Below, piece after piece: positions 40,553 through 53,253 of a stretch of 64,000 nucleotides of DNA. This stretch comes from the human T2T-CHM13v2.0 reference genome, Homo sapiens. The DNA lies in NCBI RefSeq assembly GCF_009914755.1, contig NC_060943.1. The stretch is one strand, 5' to 3'. The position numbers and the translations under genes were made by a program. The notes beneath the pieces were generated by a model, which saw only the letters and a program-made list of their open reading frames with translations, was not told where the DNA came from and did no database searches. How positions within the stretch are numbered: the first letter of the stretch is position 1; the number at the start of each line of letters is the position of its first letter.

Positions 40553-42439
40553 ATGATTCTCAGAAACTCCTTTGTGATGTGTGCGTTCAACTCACAGAGT
40601 TCAACCTTTCTTTTCATAGAGCAGTTGGGAAACACTCTGTTTGTAAAGTCTGCAAGTGGATATTCAGACTTCTTTGAGGCCTTCGTTGGAAGCGGGATTT
40701 CTTCATATTCTGCTAGACAGAAGAATTCTCAGTAACTTCCTTGTGTTGTGTGTATTCAACTCACAGAGTTGAATGATCCTTTACACAGAACAGACTTGAA
40801 ACACTCTTGTTGTGGAATTTTAAAGTGGAGATTTCAGCCGCTTTGAGGTCAACGGTAGAATAGGTAATATCTTCCTATAGAAACTAGACAGAATGATTCT
40901 CAGAAACTCCTTTGTGATGTGTGCGTTCAACTCACAGAGTTTAACCTTTCTTTTCATAGAGCAGTTAGGAAACACTCTGTTTGTAAATTCTGCAAGTGGA
41001 TATTCAGACCTCTTTGAGGCCTTCGTTGGAAACGGGATTTCTTCATATTATGCTAGACAGAAGGATTCTCAGTAACTTCCTTGTGTTGTGTGTATTCAAC
41101 TCACAGAGTTGAACGATCCTTTACACAGAGCAGACTTGAAACACTCTTTTTGTGGAATTTGCAAGTGGAGATTTCAGCCGCTTTGAGGTCAATGGTAGAA
41201 AAGGAGATATCTTCGTATAAAAACTAGACAGAATGATTCTCAGAAACTCCTTTGTGATGTGTGCGTTCAACTCACAGAGTTTAACCTTTCTTTTCATAGA
41301 GCAGTTAGGAAACACTCTGTTTGTAAAGTCTGCAAGTGGATATTCAGACCTCTTTGAGGCCTTCGTTGGAAACGGGATTTCTTCATATTATGCTAGACAG
41401 AAGAATTCTCAGTAACTTCCTTGTGTTGTGTGTATTCAACTCACAGAGTTGAACGATGCTTTACACAGAGCAGACTTGAAACACTCTTTTTGTGGTATTT
41501 GCAAGTGGAGATTTCAGCCGCTTTGAGGTCAATGTTAGAAAAGGAAATATCTTCGTATAAAAACTAGACAGAATGATTCTGAGAAACTCCTTTGTGATGT
41601 GTGCGTTCAACTCACAGAGTTTAACCTTTCTTTTCATAGAGCAGTTAGGAAACACTCTGTTTGTAAAGTCTGCAAGTGGATATTCAGACCTCCTTGAGGC
41701 CTTCGTTGGAAACGGGATTTCTTCATATTATGCTAGACAGAAGAATTCTCAGTAACTTCCTTGTGTTGTGTGTATTCAACTCACAGAGTTGAACGATCCT
41801 TTACACAGAGCAGACTTGAAACACTCTTTTTATGGAATTTGCAAGTGGAGATTTCAGCCGCTTTGAGGTCAATGGTAGAATAGGAAATATCTTCCTATAG
41901 AAACTAGACAGAATGATTCTCAGAAACTCCTTTGTGATGTGTGCGTTCAACTCACAGAGTTTAACCTTTCTTTTCATAGAGCAGTTAGGAAACACTCTGT
42001 TTGTAAAGTCTGCAAGTGGATATTCAGACCTCCTTGAGGCCTTCGTTGGAAACTGCATTTCTTCATATTATGCTAGACAGAAGAATTCTCAGTAACTTCC
42101 TTGTGTTGTGTGTATTCAACTCACAGAGTTGAACGATCCTTTACACAGAGCAGACTTGAAACTCTCTTTTTGTGGAATTTGCAAGTGGAGATTTCAGCCG
42201 CTTTGAGTTCAATGGTAGAATAGGAAATATCTTCCTATAGAAACTAGACAGAATGATTCTCAAAAACTCCTTTGTGATCTGTGCGTTCAACTCACAGAGT
42301 TCAACCTTTCTTTTCCTAGAGCAGTTGGGAAACACTCTGTTTGTAAAGTCTGCAAGTGGATATTCAGACTTCTTTGAGGCCTTCGTTGGAAGCGGGATTT
42401 CTTCATATTCTGCTAGACAGAAGAATTCTCAGTAACTTC

Positions 42440-45160
42440 CTTCTGTTGTGTGTATTCAACTCACAGAGTTGAACGATCCTTTACACAGAGCAGACTTGAA
42501 ACACTCTTTTTGTGGAATTTGCAAGTGGAGATTTCAGCCGCTTTGAGGTCAATGGTAGAATAGGAAATATCTTCCTATAGAAACTAGACAGAATGATTCT
42601 CAGAAACTCCTTTGTGATGTGTGCGTTCAAGTCACAGAGTTTAACCTTTCTTTTCATCGAGCAGTTAGGAAACACTCTGTTTGTAAAGTCTGCAAGTGGA
42701 TATTCAGACATCCTTGAGGCTTTCGTTGGAAACGGGATTTCTTCATATTCTGCTAGAAAGAAGAATTCTCAGTAACTTCCTTGTGTTGTGTGTATTCAAC
42801 TCACAGAGTTGAATGATCCTTTACACAGAACAGTCTTGAAACACTCTTTTTGTGGAATTTGCAAGTGGAGATTTCAGCCGCTTTGGGGTCAATGGTAGAA
42901 TAGGAAATATCTTCCTATAGAAACTAGACAGAATGATTCTCAGAAACTCCTTTGTGATGTGTGCGTTCAAGTCACAGAGTTTAACCTTTCTTTTCATAGA
43001 GCAGTTAGGAAACACTCTGTTTGTAAAGTCTGCAAGTGGATATTCAGACATCTTTGAGGCTTTCGTTGGAAAAGGGTTTTCTTCATATTCTGCTAGACAG
43101 AAGAATTCTCAGAAACTTCGTTGTGTTGTGTGTTTTCAACTCACAGAGTTCAACGATCCTTTACACAGAGTAGACTTGAAACACTCTTTTCGTGGAATTG
43201 GCAGGGTGGAGATTTCAGCCGCTTTGAGGTCAATGGTAGAAAAGGAAATATCTTCGTATAAAAACTAGACAGAGTGATTCTCAGAAACTCCTTTGTGATG
43301 TCTGCGTTTAACTCACAGAGTTTAACCATTCTTTTCATAGAGCAGTTAGGAAACACTCTGTTTGTAAAGTCTGCAAGTGGATATTCAGACCTCCTTGAGG
43401 CCTTCGTTGGAAACGGGATTTCTTCATATTATGCTAGACTGAAGAATTCTCAGTAACTTCCTTGTGTTGTGTGTATTCAACTCACAGAGTTGAACGATCC
43501 TTTACACAGAGCAGACTTGAAACACTCTTTTTGTGGAATTTGCAAGTGGAGATTTCAGCCGCTTTGAGGTCAATGGTAGAATAGGAAATATCTTCCTATA
43601 GAAACTAGACAGAATGATTCTCAGAAACTCCTTTGTGATGTGTGCGTTCAACTCACAGAGTTTAACCTTTCTTTTCATAGAGCAGTTAGGAAACACTCTG
43701 TTTGTAAAGTCTGCAAGTGGATATTCAGACCTCTTTGAGGCCTTCGTTGGAAACGGGATTTCTTCATATTATGCTAGACAGAAGAATTCTCAGTAACTTC
43801 CTTGTGTTGTGTGTATTCAACTCACAGAGTTGAACGATCCTTTACACAGAGCAGACTTGAAACACTCTTTTTGTGGAATTTGCAAGTGGAGATTTCAGCC
43901 GCTTTGAGGTCAATGGTAGAATAGGAAATATCTTCCTATAGAAACTAGACAGAATGATTCTCAGAAACTCCTTTGTGATGTGTGCGTTCAACTCACAGAG
44001 TTTAACCTTTCTTTTCATAGAGCAGTTAGGAAACACTCTGTTTGTAAAGTCTGCAAGAGGATATTCAGACATCTTTGAGGCTTTCTTTGGAAACGGGATT
44101 TCTTCATATTCTGCTAGACAGAAGACTTCTGAGAAACTTCGTTGTGTTGTGTGTTTTCAACTCACAGAGTTCAACGATCCTTTACACAGAGTAGACTTGA
44201 AACACTCTTTTTGTGGAATTGGCAGGGTGGAGATTTCAGCCGCTTTGAGGTCAATGGTAGAAAAGGAAATATCTTCGTATAAAAATTAGACAGAGTGATT
44301 CTCAGAAACTCCTTTGTGATGTCTGCGTTCAACTCACAGAGTTTAACCTTTCCTTTCATAGAGCAGTTAGGAAACACTCTGTTTGTAAAGTCTGCAAGTG
44401 GGTATTCAGACCTCCTTGAGGCCTTCGTTGGAAACGGGATTTCTTCATATTCTGCCATACAGAAGAATTCTCAGAAACTTCCTTGTGTTGTGTGTATTCA
44501 ACTCACAGAGTTGAACGATCGTTTACACAGAGCAGACTTGAGACACTCTTTTTGTAGAATTTGTAAGTGGAGATTTCAGCCGCTTTGAGGTCAATGGTAG
44601 AAAAGGAAATATCTTCATATAAAAACTAGACAGAATGATTCTCAGAAACTCCTTTGTGATGTGTGCGTTCAACTCACAGAGTTTAACCTTTCTTTTCATA
44701 GAGCAGTTAGGAAACACTCTGTTTGTAAAGTCTGCAAGCGGATATTCAGACCTCTTTCAGGCCTTCGTTGGAAACGGGATTTCTTCATATTATGCTAGAC
44801 AGAAGAATTCTCAGTAACTTCCTTGTGTTGTGTGTATTCAACCCACAGAGTTGAACGATCCTTTACACAGACCAGACTTGAAACACTCTTTTTGTGGAAT
44901 TTGCAAGTGGAGATTTCAGCCGCTTTGAGGTCAATGGTAGAATAGGGAATATCTTCCTATAGAAACTAGACAGAATGATTCTGAGAAACTCCTTTGTGAT
45001 GTGTGCGTTCAACTCACAGAGTTCAACCTTTCTTTTCCTAGAGCAGTTGGGAAACACTCTGTTTGTAAAGTCTGCAAGTGGATATTCAGACTTCTTTGAG
45101 GCCTTCGTTGGAAGCGGGATTTCTTCATATTCTGCCATACAGAAGAATTCTCAGTAACTT
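42440..45160 (+). repeat. 8-dimer variant block, copy 2
   Basis: ORF-track pairs 32051/42593, 32391/42933, 33412/43954 and 34433/44975 all differ by 10542 and share rare substitutions. Confidence 0.92.
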
Positions 45161-46958
45161 CCTTGTGTTGTGTGTATTCAACTCACAGAGTTGAATGATC
45201 CTTTACACAGAACAGACTTGAAACACTCTTGTTGTGGAATTTTCAAGTGGAGATTTCAGCCGCTTTGAGGTCAACGGTAGAATAGGTAATATCTTCCTAT
45301 AGAAACTAGACAGAATGATTCTCAGAAACTCCTTTGTGATGTGTGCGTTCAACTCACAGAGTTTAACCTTTCTTTTCATAGAGCAGTTAGGAAACACTCT
45401 GTTTGTAAAGTCTGCAAGTGGATATTCAGACCTCCTTGAGGCCTTCGTTGGAAACGGGATTTCTTCATATTATGCTAGACAGAAGAATTCTCAGTAACTT
45501 CCTTGTGTTGTGTGTATTCAACTCACAGAGTTGAACGATCCTTTACACAGAGCAGACTTGAAACACTCTTTTTGTGGAATTTGCAAGTGGAGATTTCTGC
45601 CGCTTTGAGGTCAATGGTAGAATAGGAAATATCTTCCTATAGAAACTAGACAGAATGATTCTCAGAAACTCCTTTGTGATGTGTGCGTTCAACTCACAGA
45701 GTTTAACCTTTCTTTTCATAGAGCAGTTAGGAAACACTCTGTTTGTAAAGTCTGCAAGTGGATATTCAGACCTCTTTGAGGCCTTCGTTGGAAACGGGAT
45801 TTCTTCATATTATCCTAGACAGAAGGATTCTCAGTAACTTCCTTGTGTTGTGTGTATTCAACTCACAGAGTTGAACGATCCTTTACACAGAGCAGACTTG
45901 AAACACTCTTTTTGTGGAATTTGCAAGTGCAGATTTCAGCCGCTTTGAGGTCAATGGTAGAAAAGGAGATATCTTCGTATAAAAACTAGACAGAATGATT
46001 CTCAGAAACTCCTTTGTGATGTGTGCGTTCAACTCACAGAGTTTAACCTTTCTTTTCATAGAGCAGTTGGGAAACACTCTGTTTGTAAAGTCTGCAAGTG
46101 GATATTCAGACCTCTTTGAGGCCTTCGTTGGAAACGGGATTTCTTCATATTATGCTAGACAGAAGAATTCTCAGTAACTTCCTTGTGTTTTGTGTATTCA
46201 ACTCACAGAGTTGAACGATCCTTTACACAGAGCAGACTTGAAACAGTCTTTTTGTGGTATTTGCAAGTGGAGATTTCAGCCGCTTTGAGGTCAATGTTAG
46301 AAAAGGAATTATCTTCGTATAAAAACTAGACAGAATGATTCTGAGAAACTCCTTTGTGATGTGTGCATTCAACTCACAGAGTTTAACCTTTCTTTTCATA
46401 GAGCAGTTAGGAAACACTCTGTTTGTAAAGTCTGCAATTGGATATTCAGACCTCCTTGAGGCCTTCGTTGGAAACGGGATTTCTTCATATTATGCTAGAC
46501 AGAAGAATTCTCAGTAACTTCCTTGTGTTGTGTGTATTCAACTCACAGAGTTGAACGATCCTTTACACAGAGCAGACTTGAAACACTCTTTTTGTGGAAT
46601 TTGCAAGTGGAGATTTCAGCCGCTTTGAGGTCAATGGTAGAATAGGAAATATCTTCCTATAGAAACTAGACAGAATGATTCTCAGAAACTCCTTTGTGAT
46701 GTGTGCGTTCAACTCACAGAGTTTAACCTTCCTTTTCATAGAGCAGTTAGGAAACACTCTGTTTGTAAAGTCTGCAAGTGGATATTCAGACATCCTTGAG
46801 GCTTTCGTTGGAAACGGGATTTCTTCATATTCTGCTAGGAAGAAGAATTCTCAGTAACTTCCTTGTGTTGTGTGTATTCAACTCACAGACTTGAATGATC
46901 CTTTACACAGAACAGTCTTGAAAGACTCTTTTTGTGGAATTTGCAAGTGGAGATTTCA

Positions 46959-49900
46959 GCCGCTTTGAGGTCAATGGTAGAATAGGAAATATCTTCCTAT
47001 AGAAACTAGACAGAATGATTCTCAGAAACTCCTTTGTGATGTGTGCGTTCAACTCACAGAGTTTAACCTTTCTTTTCATAGAGCAGTTAGGAAACACTCT
47101 GTTTGTAAAGTCTGCAAGTGGATATTCAGACATCCTTGAGGCTTTCGTTGGAAACGGGATTTCTTCATCTTCTGCTAGAAAGAAGAATTCTCAGTAACTT
47201 CCTTGTGTTGTGTGTATTCAACTCACAGAGTTGAATGATCCTTTACACAGAACAGTCTTGAAACACTCTTTTTGTGGAATTTGGAAGTGGAGATTTCAGC
47301 CGCTTTGAGGTCAATGGTAGAATAGGAAATATCTTCCTATAGAAACTAGACAGAATGATTCTCAGAAACTCCTTTGTGATGTGGGCGTTGAACTCACAGA
47401 GTTTAACCTTTCTTTTCATAGAGCAGTTAGGAAACACTCTGTTTGTAAAGTCTGCAAGTGGATATTCAGACATCTTTGAGGCTTTCGTTGGAAACGGGAT
47501 TTCTTCATATTCTGATATACAGAAGAATTCTCAGAAACTTCCTTGTGTTGTGTGTATTCAACTCACAGAGTTGAACGATCGTTTACACAGAGCAGACTTG
47601 AGACACTCTTTTTGTGGAATTTGTAAGTGGAGATTTCAGCCGCTTTGAGGTCAATGGTAGAAAAGGAAATATCTTCATATAAAAATTAGACAGAATGATT
47701 CTCAGAAACTCCTTTGTGATGTGTGCGTTCAACTCACAGAGTTTAACCTTTCTTTTCATAGAGCAGTTAGGAAACACTCTGTTTGTAAAGTCTGCAAGTG
47801 GATATTCAGACCTCTTTGAGACCTTCGTTGGAAACGGGATTTCTTCATATTATGCTAGACAGAAGAATTCTCAGTAACTTCCTTGTGTTGTGTGTATTCA
47901 ACTCACAGAGTTGAACGATCCTTTACACAGAGCAGACTTGAAACACTCTTTTTGTGGAATTTGCAAGTGGAGATTTCAGCCGCTTTGAGGTCAATGGTAG
48001 AAAAGGAAATATCTTCCTATAGAAACTAGACAGAATGATTCTCAGAAACTCCTTTGTGATGTGTGCGTTCAACTCACAGAGTTCAACCTTTCTTTTCATA
48101 GAGCAGTTGGGAAACACTCTGTTTGTAAAGTCTGCAAGTGGATATTCAGACTTCTTTGAGGCCTTCGTTGGAAGCGGGATTTCTTCATATTCTGCTAGAC
48201 AGAAGAATTCTCAGTAACTTCCTTGTGTTGTGTGTATTCAACTCACAGAGTTGAATGATCCTTTACACAGAACAGACTTGAAACACTCTAGTTGTGGAAT
48301 TTTCAAGTGGAGATTTCAGCCGCCTTGAGGTCAACGGTAGAATAGGAAATATCTTCCTATAGAAACTAGACAGAATGATTCTCAGAAACTCCTTTGTGAT
48401 GTGTGCGTTCAACTCACAGAGTTTAACCTTTCTTTTCATAGAGCAGTTAGGAAACACTCTGTTTGTAAAGTCTGCAAGTGGATATTCAGACATCCTTGAG
48501 GCTTTCGTTGGAAACGGGATTTCTTCATATTCTGCTAGAAAGAAGAATTCTCAGTAACTTCCTTGTGTTGTGTGTATTCAACTCACAGAGTTGAATGATC
48601 CTTTACACAGAACAGTCTTGAAACACTCTTTTTGTGGAATTTGCAAGTGGAGATTTCAGCCGCTTTGAGGTCAATGGTAGAATAGGAAATATCTTCCTAT
48701 AGAAACTAGACAGAATGATTCTCAGAAACTCCGTTGTGATGTGTGCGTTCAACTCACAGAGTTTAACCTTTCTTTTCATAGAGCAGTTAGGAAACACTCT
48801 GTTTGTAAAGTCTGCAAGTGGATATTCAGACATCTTTGAGGCTTTCGTTGGAAACGGGATTTCTTCATATTCTGCTAGACAGAAGAATTCTCAGAAACTT
48901 CGATGTGTTGTGTGTTTTCAAATCACAGAATTCAAAGATCCTTTACACAGAGTAGACTTGAAACACTCTTTTTGTGGAATTGGCAGGGTGGAGATTTCAG
49001 CCGCTATGAGGTCAATGGTAGAAAAGGAAATATCTTCCTATAAAAACTAGACAGAATGATTCTCAGAAACTCCTTTGTGATGTCTGCGTTCAACTCACAG
49101 AGTTTAACCTTTCTTTTCATAGAGCAGTTAGGAAACACTCTGTTTGTAAAGTCTGCAAGTGGATATTCAGACCTCTTTGAGACCTTCGTTGGAAACGGGA
49201 TTTCTTCATATTCTGCTATACAGAAGAATTCTCAGTAACTTCCTTGTGTTGTGTGTATTCAACTCACAGAGTTGAACGATCCTTTACACAGAGCAGACTT
49301 GAAACACTCTTTTTGTGGAATTTGCAAGTGGAGATTTCAGCCGCTTTGAGGTCAATGGTAGAAAAGGAAATATCTTCCTATAGAAACTAGACAGAATGAT
49401 TCTCAGAAACTCCTTTGTGATGTGTGCGTTCAACTCACAGAGTTCAACCTTTCTTTTCATAGAGCAGTTGGGAAACACTCTGTTTGTAAAGTCTGCAAGT
49501 GGATATTCAGACTTCTTTGAGGCCTTCGTTGGAAGCGGGATTTCTTCATATTCTGCTAGACAGAAGAATTCTCAGTAACTTCCTTGTGTTGTGTGTATTC
49601 AACTCACAGAGTTGAATGATCCTTTACACAGAACAGACTTGAAACACTCTTGTTGTGGAATTTTCAAGTGGAGATTTCAGCCGCTTTGAGGTCAACGGTA
49701 GAATAGGTAATATCTTCCTATAGAAACTAGACAGAATGATTCTCAGAAACTCCTTTGTGATGTGTGCGTTCAACTCACAGAGTTCAACCTTTCTTTTCAT
49801 AGAGCAGTTGGGAAACGCTCTGTTTGTAAAGTCTGCAAATGGATATTCAGACTTCTTTGAGGCCTTCGTTGGAAGCAGGATTTCTTCATATTCTGCTAGA

Positions 49901-52900
49901 CAGAAGAATTCTCAGTAACTTCCTTGTGTTGTGTGTATTCAACTCACAGAGTTGAACGATCCTTTACACAGAGCAGACTTGAAACACTCTTTTTGTGGAA
50001 TTTGCAAGTGGAGATTTCTGCCGCTTTGAGGTCAATGGTAGAATAGGAAATATCTTCCTATAGAAACTAGACAGAATGATTCTCAGAAACTCCTTTGTGA
50101 TGTGTGCGTTCAACTCACAGAGTTTAACCTTTCTTTTCATAGAGCAGTTAGGAAACACTCTGTTTGTAAAGTCTGCAAGTGGATATTCAGACATCCTTGA
50201 GGCTTTCGTTGGAAACGGGATTTCTTCATCTTCTGCTAGAAAGAAGAATTCTCAGTAACTTCCTTGTGTTGTGTGTATTCAACTCACAGAGTTGAATGAT
50301 CCTTTACACAGAACAGTCTTGAAACACTCTTTTTGTGGAATTTGGAAGTGGAGATTTCAGCCGCTTTGAGGTCAATGGTAGAATAGGAAATATCTTCCTA
50401 TAGAAACTAGACAGAATGATTCTCAGAAACTCCTTTGTGATGTGGGCGTTGAACTCACAGAGTTTAACCTTTCTTTTCATAGAGCAGTTAGGAAACACTC
50501 TGTTTGTAAAGTCTGCAAGTGGATATTCAGACATCTTTGAGGCTTTCGTTGGAAACGGGATTTCTTCATATTCTGATATACAGAAGAATTCTCAGAAACT
50601 TCCTTGTGTTGTGTGTATTCAACTCACAGAGTTGAACGATCGTTTACACAGAGCAGACTTGAGACACTCTTTTTGTGGAATTTGTAAGTGGAGATTTCAG
50701 CCGCTTTGAGGTCAATGGTAGAAAAGGAAATATCTTCATATAAAAATTAGACAGAATGATTCTCAGAAACTCCTTTGTGATGTGTGCGTTCAACTCACAG
50801 AGTTTAACCTTTCTTTTCATAGAGCAGTTAGGAAACACTCTGTTTGTAAAGTCTGCAAGTGGATATTCAGACCTCTTTGAGACCTTCGTTGGAAACGGGA
50901 TTTCTTCATATTATGCTAGACAGAAGAATTCTCAGTAACTTCCTTGTGTTGTGTGTATTCAACTCACAGAGTTGAACGATCCTTTACACAGAGCAGACTT
51001 GAAACACTCTTTTTGTGGAATTTGCAAGTGGAGATTTCAGCCGCTTTGAGGTCAATGGTAGAAAAGGAAATATCTTCCTATAGAAACTAGACAGAATGAT
51101 TCTCAGAAACTCCTTTGTGATGTGTGCGTTCAACTCACAGAGTTCAACCTTTCTTTTCATAGAGCAGTTGGGAAACACTCTGTTTGTAAAGTCTGCAAGT
51201 GGATATTCAGACTTCTTTGAGGCCTTCGTTGGAAGCGGGATTTCTTCATATTCTGCTAGACAGAAGAATTCTCAGTAACTTCCTTGTGTTGTGTGTATTC
51301 AACTCACAGAGTTGAATGATCCTTTACACAGAACAGACTTGAAACACTCTAGTTGTGGAATTTTCAAGTGGAGATTTCAGCCGCCTTGAGGTCAACGGTA
51401 GAATAGGAAATATCTTCCTATAGAAACTAGACAGAATGATTCTCAGAAACTCCTTTGTGATGTGTGCGTTCAACTCACAGAGTTTAACCTTTCTTTTCAT
51501 AGAGCAGTTAGGAAACACTCTGTTTGTAAAGTCTGCAAGTGGATATTCAGACATCCTTGAGGCTTTCGTTGGAAACGGGATTTCTTCATATTCTGCTAGA
51601 AAGAAGAATTCTCAGTAACTTCCTTGTGTTGTGTGTATTCAACTCACAGAGTTGAATGATCCTTTACACAGAACAGTCTTGAAACACTCTTTTTGTGGAA
51701 TTTGCAAGTGGAGATTTCAGCCGCTTTGAGGTCAATGGTAGAATAGGAAATATCTTCCTATAGAAACTAGACAGAATGATTCTCAGAAACTCCGTTGTGA
51801 TGTGTGCGTTCAACTCACAGAGTTTAACCTTTCTTTTCATAGAGCAGTTAGGAAACACTCTGTTTGTAAAGTCTGCAAGTGGATATTCAGACATCTTTGA
51901 GGCTTTCGTTGGAAACGGGATTTCTTCATATTCTGCTAGACAGAAGAATTCTCAGAAACTTCGATGTGTTGTGTGTTTTCAAATCACAGAATTCAAAGAT
52001 CCTTTACACAGAGTAGACTTGAAACACTCTTTTTGTGGAATTGGCAGGGTGGAGATTTCAGCCGCTATGAGGTCAATGGTAGAAAAGGAAATATCTTCCT
52101 ATAAAAACTAGACAGAATGATTCTCAGAAACTCCTTTGTGATGTCTGCGTTCAACTCACAGAGTTTAACCTTTCTTTTCATAGAGCAGTTAGGAAACACT
52201 CTGTTTGTAAAGTCTGCAAGTGGATATTCAGACCTCTTTGAGACCTTCGTTGGAAACGGGATTTCTTCATATTCTGCTATACAGAAGAATTCTCAGTAAC
52301 TTCCTTGTGTTGTGTGTATTCAACTCACAGAGTTGAACGATCCTTTACACAGAGCAGACTTGAAACACTCTTTTTGTGGAATTTGCAAGTGGAGATTTCA
52401 GCCGCTTTGAGGTCAATGGTAGAAAAGGAAATATCTTCCTATAGAAACTAGACAGAATGATTCTCAGAAACTCCTTTGTGATGTGTGCGTTCAACTCACA
52501 GAGTTCAACCTTTCTTTTCATAGAGCAGTTGGGAAACACTCTGTTTGTAAAGTCTGCAAGTGGATATTCAGACTTCTTTGAGGCCTTCGTTGGAAGCGGG
52601 ATTTCTTCATATTCTGCTAGACAGAAGAATTCTCAGTAACTTCCTTGTGTTGTGTGTATTCAACTCACAGAGTTGAATGATCCTTTACACAGAACAGACT
52701 TGAAACACTCTTGTTGTGGAATTTTCAAGTGGAGATTTCAGCCGCTTTGAGGTCAACGGTAGAATAGGTAATATCTTCCTATAGAAACTAGACAGAATGA
52801 TTCTCAGAAACTCCTTTGTGATGTGTGCGTTCAACTCACAGAGTTCAACCTTTCTTTTCATAGAGCAGTTGGGAAACGCTCTGTTTGTAAAGTCTGCAAA

Positions 52901-53253
52901 TGGATATTCAGACTTCTTTGAGGCCTTCGTTGGAAGCAGGATTTCTTCATATTCTGCTAGACAGAAGAATTCTCAGTAACTTCCTTGTGTTGTGTGTATT
53001 CAACTCACAGAGTTGAACGATCCTTTACACAGAGCAGACTTGAAACACTCTTTTTGTGGAATTTGCAAGTGGAGATTTCTGCCGCTTTGAGGTCAATGGT
53101 AGAATAGGAAATATCTTCCTATAGAAACTAGACAGAATGATTCTCAGAAACTCCTTTGTGATGTGTGCGTTCAACTCACAGAGTTTAACCTTTCTTTTCA
53201 TAGAGCAGTTAGGAAACACTCTGTTTGTAAAGTCTGCAAGTGGATATTCAGAC
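46959..53253 (+). repeat. Tandem duplication, 3,061-bp (9-dimer, 18-monomer) unit
   Basis: Private variants repeat at +3061: TTCATCTTCTG (47169/50230), CTCTAGTTG (48290/51351), CTCCGTTG (48733/51794), GAAACGCTC and GGAAGCAGGA (49877/52938). Confidence 0.95.
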
